The notes below the pieces were generated by a model. The model worked only from the letters and a program-made list of their open reading frames with translations, was not told the origin of the DNA and did not search any database. A program made the translations under genes and the position numbers. A stretch of DNA of 59,360 nt, the filler included, from Sphacelaria rigidula (lineage: Eukaryota): NCBI GenBank assembly GCA_964200075.2. It is 5 parts of 5 records of this genome, joined end to end, with 100 filler letters (N's around TTAATTAATTAA, not from the genome) between each part and the next. Parts side by side here need not be neighbours in the genome. Positions count along the whole stretch, not along the records: positions 47,570 to 59,360 come from CAXNAA020004494.1; 4 more parts are not named here. One strand, written 5' to 3'. How positions within the stretch are numbered: position 1 is the first letter of the stretch; each line of letters begins with the position of its first letter. Positions 48,335 through 59,360 of the stretch are shown here, one piece after another.

Positions 48335-51120
48335 CAGTTGTATCACCCCGCGACTCGGACCTACACCCGACCCTGAACTTCGTCCTTCAGTGCCGAGTAT
48401 CAGTCTGAGGTGTGGGAGGACCAACAGCCAGTCCCCGAGGCAAAGGCTTCCCTCAGCGACCGCACGCACAGGTAGTAACAAGGCTTTTCCAGCCGATCCA
48501 AGTGTTGCTGATTTGAACTTGACCACATAGGATCATGTAATTCCCAATCAGTTGGATCGAGCTCCTTCCCCGCGATTCTCAACACGCGCGGAATTACCTT
48601 TGGCAGGTTCTAATAACAACCGCCCCCAAATACCTTCGGCTATGACCCCCCAGCCAAGCCTGCCTACGGACAGCAGCCCACAAGTTTCGCTCGATCATGC
48701 CCCGATGCTGACCCCATCCACCCAACTGGACGCAGTTGTGGTATCATCCCAAGATGTTTTGGAAGTTCCCCGGCCATTGTCACGGCGAAAGAGAAACTCC
48801 CGTAAGCATGCCCCCAAGGACGCGCGCGCATCATCACGTACACCTCTTTCGAGCGGAAATCTTTGACCTCAATCTCTCCAAAGTGCGACGACTTTGAGTT
48901 CGACGGCTCTATCAACTATCACGTAAGGAACAAAATCAAATATTTCTGACGTCACTACTTCTTCAATCGACGACTCCAGTCCCGCACAATCTGGATCCCC
49001 CTTGGACGGTGACCCCTGTCAACCAAAGACGATCATTTACGGAATCGCTAATGGTCACTCTGACCGTGCCACACCTGGAAATAATATATTGTTCACCCCC
49101 TTTTCTGGTGAGAAATCTGACCCACCGGCGGATCACCCGCCGTCCGTTTTTGCTGTCAGCCCCGCTGATCCTGACCAATTCACCTTGCCGGAACACGGCC
49201 CGGATCTTGTCGACGGTAAAGTGTCTGTGGATCCGGCCACTTTCACTACACGCGTCGCGATCCACTCTGGTCCAAACGCTACCACGCATACAAAATACGT
49301 ATCCTTGTTGGACACCGGCAGCCCGCAAACATTGTTTTGAGAATCAACATGGAAACACATGAAACAGACTGGCGCTGCTATTACAGCCTGCGAAACCACC
49401 ACCCAACCTCGAGCATGGGGCCGTCTCGGTGATTCTACCGCACCCCGGACAACACGGAATCCGTACGTCTCAGTGTACAATTTTTTCACAACACCACTCG
49501 TTCTGCCAGCCTGGCCGTCTGGGCATGGATTGTTCCCGACAGCACAAAGAATCACGCATATTATGCGGTTGATAAACAAACCTACCGTACGCTTCCACCA
49601 CCATCGCCACACTCCACTCCTCGTGGAGAATTCAACCTCGAACACTTTGGTACCCTCCACGGCACCCTGGCCTACCAAAAGAATACTCAAGCAACCGGAG
49701 CTGCTTACCACCTACGATACAACGATAGTGTTGGTATTACACTCTCCGACGATCCTCAACTTTTAAAAGTTGCACTAGTTCGCCGAGATGGCATGCCAGC
49801 ACTTACCGGTCATTATCTTGCCGAAATGTTACCCCGTATTGGCGCACCAGCCGACACAGAACATTTTGTCTCGGCGGGACAACAACTCCTCCCTCTCACG
49901 GGTCATGCTAACTTGGAACCCGGCGATATTTTAGGAATCACCGCTGCTCCCCTGATGCACATCCTACTCGAGACGTGCGCAACAGAGCCTGCCGCATCAA
50001 ACGCAACATCTCCCATGGGGTCAGTCCATAGTGTCGATGAACCTTACTTCGACCTCGCCTCTGCGACTCCACCCCAGGTTCACGCCGTGGATCCTGCCCA
50101 GTCAAATTCCGATCCTCCTGCTGAAGTGCTTCAACACTCATCACCAGATTCTCGTAATATTTTCTTGCAGATGTGGCACCAAGTACCGCCAAACATGCGC
50201 AACATCAATTTAGAACTTCATGGGCCCGGCTGGGAACCGACAGTCGTCCGAGAACTCAGTGATGTCCTGCTACAGTACCAAGACCGATTTTCACGATTCA
50301 AGACGGATCCTGGGCACCGCAAAACGCTGCCCTTCGAGGTGACCCTCCAATCCGGCGTTGCCGATCTCTTTCGACCGTACCGGACAAACCCAATCCTTAC
50401 CAACAAGGTTAAAGCCATCTTGGATGCATATTTGGGAGCGGGATCAATACAACATTTCTCCTCTCCTTGGGCCTCGCCACTTACTTGTGTTCGTTCCCAA
50501 AAAGGATGAGGGATACGCATAACCGTAAATTACTAACGGTTGAATCGCGTCACTGTTGTTGGTAAACTTCCAATTCCCCGCGTTGATGAAGTCTTCGACT
50601 CCTTGGGCGTATTCAGCACCTTCGACCTCGCTTCTAGATTTTTTTCAGAATGCTATTTACTCTGACACAGTCCCACTAGCGGCCTTTTGTACCTCGTCCA
50701 GACTCTACAAGTGACTTCGAATGCCAAAGGGCGCTGTCACTGCCCCAGAATGCTTTCAACGCTTAATGCAACGCGTCACCAACGGCCTAGAGCACATCAT
50801 CATGTACCTAGATGACGCTATCGCTTTTCGTGCCTGACCTATTGCACATATCCGCACTTTACGAGAACTTCTCTCTCGCCTACGCACAAACGATTTAAAA
50901 CTGTCTCAATCCAAAGCTCGCCTTGGTGCGACTGACTTGGATTTTCTGGGGCATTTCATTTCGCCAGCAGGACTACATCCGGATACAAACAAAGTCAGGG
51001 CGATGACTGACTTACCGATCCCAACTAAAATTTCTCAACTTCGCTCATTGTTGTGCGGACTATCCTACTACATCACTTTTTTGCCGAACTTACTTAAACG
51101 GATTCGCCCCCTCACGAGCG
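48335..51120 (+). pseudogene. Decayed Ty3/gypsy pol (protease, RT), 3' truncated
   Basis: LLDTGS (49305-49322); RPYRTNP…SSPWASPL; YLDD (50805-50816); DFLGHFISPAGLHPD…QLRSLLCGLSYY; many stops and frameshifts. Confidence 0.9.
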
Positions 51121-52992
51121 GGGCCGTCCAAGAAGCCACAAGGAATGTTGAAACGCACTTCCTGCGCTCAATTTTGGATCGTTTTCGATGAAATTTTGAC
51201 ACGGTGTACAGGATGTATGTACGAATACCAAATGTCATGAGGAAGGAAGATAGAGAGGCATTATTGTTTGTTCCTTTAGACAGTTTTGGGGCAGGTTGAC
51301 TTACAGATCATTCGATCTGTTCATGGGATTACTCCCATAGTTTTGGGGAAGGTTGGCATGCAGACTTGCATACCCTAGCCCCGAGGAGGAGGAACGTCTT
51401 CTCGGGCCTAGGTCAGAGAGGTTGTGTTGCTTGCACCCTCGACCACTCTCTGAGCTGGACCATCTGCATCTACTGCTTACCTTCGGTGAGAACAGTACGC
51501 TAGGCGAGCAAGAGAATAACAAGCGAGAACAAGATGCCAAGCCTCCGAGCTCTTTTGTTTGTTTGCTACTGTTGACCAACAGTCACGTGAACCTGTGTGT
51601 GAAACACATATCTGCAGCTTGTTCTGCTCGGACACATTGCACCTTGTGCATTTCACCAAGCTTGCAGCATATTGATAAAACACCCATCTAGGAAGGTGTG
51701 TGGAGCCTTCCATATTACACTGGTGTTAATTTAATTGGCCGTGTCTTGCTTGGTTTTTCAGTAGCCTTTCACTCGTTTTCTTGTAGCTTCGTTGCCTTAT
51801 TTAGCTGTCTCTTCCTGTAGCCCTCGTTTGCTGCTCCTCGCTTTTGGTCGACCCTGTAATTTTCCTTCCTCTTTTTCTTGTTGCAGTCTTCACAGTCCCT
51901 GAATTTCATTTAGCTTTTAGAGTGCTTTCATTTTTGCTGTGTCACAGCGCTGTTTTTCTGCATTTGTTCGGTCGCATTGTCCTGCCTCCACCGCTGGCAC
52001 ACTCTATCCTTTGTCCTTCTCCTGCTTTGGCCACTCCTTTTGCTGAGCCGCACTCGTGATCTGTAGTACTTCTGTCACCGCACCCTCCCTCAGGTTTCGA
52101 CAACACCCCAGCCCCGCCTCTCAATTTTCCGCTGGGTGTGCACTACGCGATCCACTTTTCATCTTTGGGTTGTGTATTACGCGACGCGCTTTTCATCTTG
52201 TGTGTGTATTGGGTGACACATTTTTCATCTTTCGCGTGTGTACTACGTGACACATTTTCCCGTTTGGTTTTATAGTGCGTGATCCACCCTTTGGTCGCAC
52301 CCTACGTGATCCACCTTTTCCTCCTTGGCGATGTACTACCTGGTTCGCTTTACGATTTACTATTTTTATTTGTGAAGTCACTTCTGTTCACCAGCCCTCG
52401 CGTCGAACATCCTCCTCGCGTCTTGGCCACTCTGGAGAGCCTTTCACAGAACACTTACCTTCAGTCACGGCTCTTCACCACTTGCTCCGCTCATCACCGG
52501 CTGTCATTTCTTATGGTCCGGCGACAACTGCCCTCTCACAAGCGCTTGCGGCCACGTTTCACACAGCCGTTCAACATTCGGCGTCTTCAGATCATGTTCT
52601 CTTTGATGGTAATGCGAACCATCGGGCCTCTGTCCCAGCGTCTACAGACCCTGATGACGAACTTTCGACCTCAGATGTTCCCTCTGATTTGGATTTGGAT
52701 GGTGACGACATAATTCGCCATAGTGATCGTACTACTCATGTCCATGATGTACGTGCCCTGTTTTCAGGATTATCATCAACCACGGGATCCTCACGACCTA
52801 AACCTGTCGATCGGACGCATGTGAGCTCACGACTACCCGTTGATGCTTCGTTGGCTGATATTCACGCACCTTTGCGCGACGGACGCAGCACTAACCGTGC
52901 CCTTCCACCCCATCCTGATGCTGCCACTGTGCGTGCTGTGGAACGACAAATAAATGGTAGATCTTCGTCGATACCTGCGATCAGCTTTCACC

Positions 52993-55900
52993 ATGGCCAA
53001 CACCCCTGCACCTTCAACCACCGCTCCTGTCGCGGCCGCCCCCAATACTGCAACCGCGGACGTCGATACGGACGCTGAGAGCATCCGCGTCACACACCCC
53101 GCCCCTAGCGCGGCAGAGACTGCGGCTGCCGACACGGCAGCTACGGGTGACACCCTTGTCACGGCAACCCTTGCGGGATCTGACACTTCCCCGCATGATG
53201 CTTCCGCCACTGGTCCAGCTCCGGCGCCTGCACCCACGTCTCTCACGGACGACCGCCCCCTGTTGGGCGTCGAGCACTGCCCGCCGGGCCTCCTGCCCCG
53301 ACTCTGGTTGCGTGGTCCCCGCTCCGATCAGGAGCAAATCCTCGCTGAATACCGAGCACTGCAACCGGACACGCCCCCTGCGCCACCATCACCCCGGGAA
53401 ACGGCGAATGACGCCGCTACTCATCTACTTCTCAACGACCTCACAGCACGCATCACGCGCCAACGTCAAGCCGTCGACTCGGCGACCAGCCGCCAGCGGG
53501 TGGCTCAATAGACTTTAACTGAACGTCTCGCAGCGTTCGACAAGATGCGTGACTCCATTCGGCGCGACGAACAACGTCTGCGCCAATGTACTGCGGCCAC
53601 GGCCACCGCCACCACGGCTTTACGCTCCTTGGAACAGGAGCAACATCTTCCTCTTCTGAGGACGATGCCCACAGCGCCAGCGCCTGCACCTACTTCTGCG
53701 ATTTCAGGCTCAGCCGAGACCCGCCAGCCCTCGCGTGCATACGCTGCTGCTGCCGCTCCTACGGCCTTGCCTGCGCGCACCCCACCAGCACCACCGCAGA
53801 TCCCTCAGGCCTCAACGCCCACTGCCCTCACACCTTGGCTCCGCCTTCAGGGAAGCGAACGTTCTTGGCTTTCCTGGACGCTCCGTCAACTTTCGGGTAA
53901 ATACCACCGTAACAACGTTCTTCGCGCTTCCGAGCAGGCTTGGAGCTCGCTCACCTTGCCCATAAACAGTGCGATCGTCCCTTTCCTTCAGCAAGAGGAA
54001 CAACTACCAAACAACGATCCGGGCGCCCTCACCATCAAACGACTCGTACTGTACCTTACGATCGGTACCGGGGACAATCGTCCCACCTACGAAACCGCCG
54101 TCGCTGCCCTCTTTAACGCTATGCGTGCCGCCCACAACACGCTAACACCCGACGATGACAACGACTGGATCACACCCCACTCCTCTCATCACCGCCGTGA
54201 TGATGACGACTTCGACGATGACCAACCCGGGGCCGAACCACGCCGCGGACAAGGAGCCCACCGTAAAAACATCAACGACGGCCGCCGTACCACCCGAGGC
54301 AGTCATAAGCGCTCTGGCCAACAGTTTTCGGGCTCATCTACATCAAGACACCACCAATCCGCTTCAACGCGATCCGCTCGGCCCTCAGCGGCCGTCAGGC
54401 AAGTAACGCCCCCTCTCGCAGATGCGTCTGCTCGCCTTCTAGGTCTTACGGATCGTGATAGTGACAATTCGGCTCGCCCATTGTCTTCTACCTCGGCTCG
54501 GTCATTTGCTGCCGCCGCCGCCGTAGCCAAATAGCAAGCTGCCGCTGATAAAGCCGCCTCCGATACTCGTAGAGAAGCATCTCGTGTCGCTGCCATCAAG
54601 CGTGAGTGCTTACAGATGGATGTTAAAAAACTATGGCATATCAAAACCATGCCTGCTGCAGACAATGAGGATTCTAGTCAGTTTACATCCGCTCTCATTT
54701 CCTCAATGCGTCGAACTATGCGCAACGCCCTTGAGTTGGCCGACGCAACTGGACAACAACGTTTCGAAGACCCTGACTGGATTGATGGATGGCAAACCCC
54801 GTTACACAAGGCTTCGCATCGCTCAATAAGCCGCCGCTCCCCTGACAGCGCTGCTTCCTTTACGCAGATTCTCGACTCCTTCTTCCACGCCATGGATCAA
54901 GATTGTGCCGGCGGGCAAACAGCGCCGCTACTATTCGGCAATTTGGAAAGGCGTATCATAAGTTACTTTGATAAGTCCGAGCAGGCCGGCGCCATCAAGC
55001 GCCTCAGCTCCTTCGCTGTGGCAACGGACGTACCCTTTGCTGACTACCTACGCGATTTCAAGCTTTTGGTGTCTAGTGTAACCGGTACTGGCCGACAGAA
55101 TGGCCCTGGTGATGCTATGCGTCAGACGTACGTTCGCAATAGTATCGCTCAGCAATTTCCGACGCTGATGCCGTCTCTGTTTCTGGGCGTTCTGGCGCAC
55201 AAAGAAGTGCCTTACGCCTCCGTAGACGCGATGTGGACTGCGTTTGTAGATCAGGAACATAACTTAACGCCTGCCATCCGTGGCACACAGTGTTCTTCCG
55301 AGTCTTCGAAGACTTTGCGTGCCGCATCCGCAAGTACCTCCGGGTCTCGTGGACGCACTCAAACTTTGTCCAGTAATACTTGGACACCCAACTCTGCCGG
55401 TGGATCGGTCATGTCTGTTCATAGCAAAAAAGACCTTTTCCGAGCAAGCTTCGACGCTTGGCTTTATTCGGCAGACACGTTTGATGACGTTTATGTCATT
55501 TCCACAACTGCTTTCATCACAGATTATCCACATTTGTGGACCCCATTGCTTCCGCCTTCGGCTCGCAAGGATGCTTTTCGTCGCCATTCTAACACATGCA
55601 TCAACTGCAATGGTACTGGCCACAGTATGCGTGGCTGCCCTGAACCTTGCATCAACACTTTTTCGCTCATGGACCCTGAACTTCAGAGCAACGGGCCGGC
55701 GTGGCGCCGATGGCAAAAACGCATGCGCGAGTATCATACACCATCTCGTCACCATCACCAGCCTTACCACAATCATAGCGACTGTCGCTCAAATCGCGAC
55801 CGCTGCCTCTCGGGTGACAAAACGTTCTCACCCAAACTCTTCAACACTATGTAGGAGATCTAATGACAGCCGTTCTTCTCGACCCCCGGTTTTATCTCCA

Positions 55901-57047
55901 CACACACAGCGTAACCGTTGTGTTGACCCACCACCCAGCTCTATGCTTGGCTCCAGACTTGGTCCTCCGGAGAACTAGGAATAAATCTGAGGTGTGGGAA
56001 AACCGACCGCGGACGCTTGAGGCATGGGCTTCCCTCAACAACCGCACGCACAGGTTGTAGCAGACCTCCTTCAACTGGTTCTGGCGTTGATGGTTTGAAA
56101 CTGACCACTTCAAATCCTTCGACTCCTACTTAGCCTGATCGCAGTCGTTCTTCGCGCCACTCTTCTGCCGCGAAACTACACCGACATACAACGGACAACA
56201 CTCGTCACCTTTCACATTTAGCAGTGCGCTTTGTATCGAGCTTGCCAGCGGACAGTCCACAAGTTTCGGCCGAGCATGCCCTGATGCTGACAACATCACC
56301 TCAACTGGATGCAGTTGCAGTTTCCCAAGAAGCCTTGAAAGTTCCCAGCCATTTGTCACGGCATGAGAGGAAGCCTCGTCGTTATGCCCCCAGGCAAGCG
56401 CGAGCGTTGACACGTACCCCTCCCGCCAGCAGAAAATTCCGACGTCATTCTCCCCAAAAAGTGGCGACTTTGAGCTCGATGACATTGCCAGGTATCCAAG
56501 AGGAATCCGAACTGGACCTTTCAGACGGTACCGCATCCTTCACTGACGACCCCCGTGGCACTTCGCAGCAATCTCTCTTCAATGATGACCCTTGTATTCC
56601 CAAGCCAGCCATCTACGAGATTGATCAGAATCCTTATTCACGCTGCCTTTCACAATCGGATCACAATCCCGCGCTGTCTACCGACAACTTTGAACCTCCC
56701 GCGGATCACCCGCCATCCGTTTTCACGGTCAGTCTGACTGATCCTGACCAATTCACGTTATCTGAACATGGTCCTGACCTCGTCGGTGGTAAGATGTCCG
56801 TTGATCCTGCCACCTTCACTACCTGCGTAGCATTACACTGCGGCCCTTACGCCATCGCGCGCGCCAAGTGCGTCTCATTGTTAGACAGCGGTAGTCCACA
56901 GACATTCATCAAAGAATCCATGTGGAATCATATGAAGCAGACTAGCGCTGCTTCCGATGTCTGCGAAATCATCATCCAATCTCGCGTTTGGGGCGGTTTC
57001 GGCGATTCCAACACACCTTTGACGACACGAAAATCTGTTCGTCTTAG
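52993..57047 (+). pseudogene. Second decayed gypsy element: long gag-like ORF with CCHC knuckle plus protease, truncated
   Basis: One frame 52993-55854 broken only by TAGs at 53509 and 54532; CINCNGTGHSMRGC (55597-55638); LLDSGS (56878-56895). ~55900-57047 is homologous to ~48340-49470. Confidence 0.85.
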
Positions 57048-57204
57048 GCCGTTTCTTCCGGTTGGTTATATCCCCTCGTATTTCACAACATATTATGAGG
57101 AAAAAATACCGCTAGGAAACTATTTTGAGAGATGTTGACCCTAGCTTACGGTTGCAGATATATTTTTGAGGGGGGTGGGTACCAAAAGGGTGGGGGGATA
57201 CCAT

Positions 57205-58066
57205 AAGGACGATCAGCGGAAACCGAAGGGATGTGCAGGCCAAGGCGAGGTACAAAGACCTAAACACTTCGCCATGCGAAGCTCCCTGTGTTTATGTAAA
57301 AAGACCTGAAACGTAGACTTCCCCCGATCGCTGCTGGCCCAGCTCGCACTGTGTGTGCAACCTGCCATTTTCAATCTATACTGCCATATCACGTAGGCGG
57401 CAGTACAGACAAAAGTACTGTACTGTCTAGTACTGTCTGTACTGCACTCCTCCATATCAATTCTAGTGCAGCCGTTGTAAATTACCATCTTCAACCTGAC
57501 ATGTGCGCATGTATACGGCCGTATGCGGCAGGCAGAACAGGCAGTACTGTACTGCTTAGTTCTGTCTGTACTGCATGTTGCCCACGTCATCATTAGTACA
57601 GCCGTTGTACTGTCATGGTATGATACTTACCACCTGGGTAGGAAGATGCCAGTTCAGTGGGCACCGGGGCTAGCAGGCCCAAACACAATCATTAGTATCG
57701 AAGCCATTGAGTCGGACATTACCGAGTATAAAGTCAGCCACCGCACCAGTGGTCAGGTGTCATGCCATGAGCCGCGCTGGCTGCAGCACACCATGTTGTG
57801 TTGCATGAAGGTCAGGCTTACATTTGTGAAGACCAGAGAATCCTCTGAGATTGCAGTCCATGATGGCGTAGATGCTCTTGTATTATTGGCGTACAGGCTA
57901 ACTTGTGCTTTGCTAGTTGAGATGGATAGTCCAAACCGCTGTGTCCCAAGGGGGCGGCCAAGTCAATCAAATCAAACAATGCAGTATGACCCATCAGGTA
58001 CCAAGCGTGACAAAGTATGACAAATGGAACCCAGTCGACTGGAACATGACCAATAAATCTGTAACA
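57205..58066 (-). repeat. Probable LTR (low-coordinate boundary uncertain)
   Basis: Starts TGTTACA after a short purine run AGGGGA on minus; terminal 130 bp homologous to 1-129. Confidence 0.55.
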
Positions 58067-59292
58067 TCCCCCTAGCCATATTTATATGGCTACACACAAA
58101 TTTATTGGAGAGCTGGAAGGGCCAGAACAAAAACAAAGTCTGTGCATCATACGCCTGAAAATAAAACGAGAAAAACCTGCTAAATTACAGTACAGGGGAA
58201 AACTCGTTGCAGATCGAATGAATGAGTAAACCCTGATAAGCAGGGGGAAACTCCATCCGTTAGGAAAGGAAAAAAAATCTATAACGCCCTTTCCAACGAC
58301 AGAAACAGCAGACAAGTACGGTCGCTGTCGTTTTCCCGGGATCTCAGTTAAACTGGAGAACGATCGGCTAGTTAGCGTGATCGCGCGTCGACACCCTGGA
58401 TCAGTTACACTGAATTCTAGGGTCGTGCGGGGCTTAAACCTCGCTAAAAACAACCTTTCCGCGAACTGATCAATAGTTACAGGGGTGCAACTTTTGAGGG
58501 GTGCTCTTCTGTAACTACCGACACCTATTCTACTGGAAATAGAGACCACGCGCCTTGGCTCACACATGTGCCCGTATATTACCAAATGGGAAGCAATCGA
58601 TGACAAAGCGGCACAAGAAAAAGACAAGGAACACTCGAAATTCATGACTGAAGCGTGCGGTAGCAGCAATACATAGTTACATATTCCCTTATTTCACTAC
58701 CGTATTCCTCTCGCAATGATGTCGTATACCACATCACACAACAGCCATTCGTCCACGTCCATGGCTGCAGTCTATCTTTGGCTCCTCCGTTCCAACCTGG
58801 GTCGCTCACCTTCCAAGCGAGATGGCTGTTCCAGTCTCCATCTTCGTATCGTACTCGCCGAAAAAAAATATCATAATCATACACGTAGTGCTTCAGGTTG
58901 GCACTGCTGTAGCCTTTCCAGGAGGTAGCATCTATGGCAAAAGCTTCAAGGCATCACGACGTGGGGAAGCGGGGTGCTTCGAGTGCGATGGCGGGGTCGA
59001 AGAAACCGTGTGGTGATACAGGTGCAAAAGGCTCATGACGCGGTATGGGGCAATGGGCTGTGGGAAAATATACGAAGAACTGTGATCAAAGGAAAGGTGT
59101 GGACGATGAAGACGACAGAACTGTGCCAAGAGGGCGATGATGCTAGACAGGGAAATATAGGAATATTTTGATATTTTGCAAGGAGTCGCACCAGGATGTA
59201 CGCTATCACCCTCTCTTCTCGAGGTATTCTTTGATGACCTGATACTAGCATTAGGCATTGCAAAGCAAGGGGTAAAGTTGCTGAAGAAATTG
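58067..59292 (-). mobile_element. 3' internal region of an LTR retrotransposon, decayed
   Basis: Lies upstream of the PPT/LTR; contains VYDYDIFFRRVRYEDGDW, a Tudor/chromo-like motif of the kind found at integrase C-termini. Confidence 0.45.
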
Positions 59293-59360
59293 GAGTCATC
59301 CTACGATAGGGGGGGGGGTATTTGGTTGCACGAAAAAGAGGCTCACCAGTAGGTCAGGAA
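59293..59360. mobile_element. MITE end, same family as 48045-48330, cut by contig end
   Basis: GAGTCATCCTACGATAGGGGGGGGGGTATTTGG.TGCACGAAAAA matches 48045 onward. Confidence 0.88.

Noticed and set aside
130-55854. RIP-like CpA-to-TpA signature (many TAG stops, CAC to TAC in a knuckle)
   Set aside because: Ascertainment bias: transition-derived stops mostly arise in CpA/TpG contexts. Would need consensus-based mutation spectra.

Overview
Eukaryotic, repeat-rich genomic DNA, most likely from a brown alga or other stramenopile. This is an inference from short exons in multi-kb repeat-filled introns, the retroelement families and a heterokont-type presequence. The window is not one locus. It is five unlinked contigs (1-11793, 11894-23686, 23787-35578, 35679-47469, 47570-59360; 11793/11793/11792/11791/11791 bp, in descending size) joined by artificial N44-TTAATTAATTAA-N44 spacers. 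Contig 1: a decayed ~7.2 kb Ty1/copia element with abnormal termini, carrying a MITE and inserted into a decayed Ty3/gypsy element that is itself cut by a third LTR. Contig 2: seven phase-compatible exons of a DHU1-like DWD/WD40 protein spliced in frame to a BTB/POZ domain, the most notable host-gene architecture here. Contig 3: three exons of a GT-A/GT2-like glycosyltransferase (minus strand), with a ~265-nt intronic foldback. Contig 4: the 5' end of a CCR4/PDE12-like EEP nuclease gene (minus) head-to-head with the first exon of a TFIIIC subunit 1 (GTF3C1-like) gene. Contig 5: decayed gypsy elements. Dispersed across contigs are a 4-bp-TSD, GAG-terminated (Sola-like) MITE family, a tRNA-headed SINE family and several unclassified repeats. 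All family assignments come from motif recognition and memory; no database search was run.
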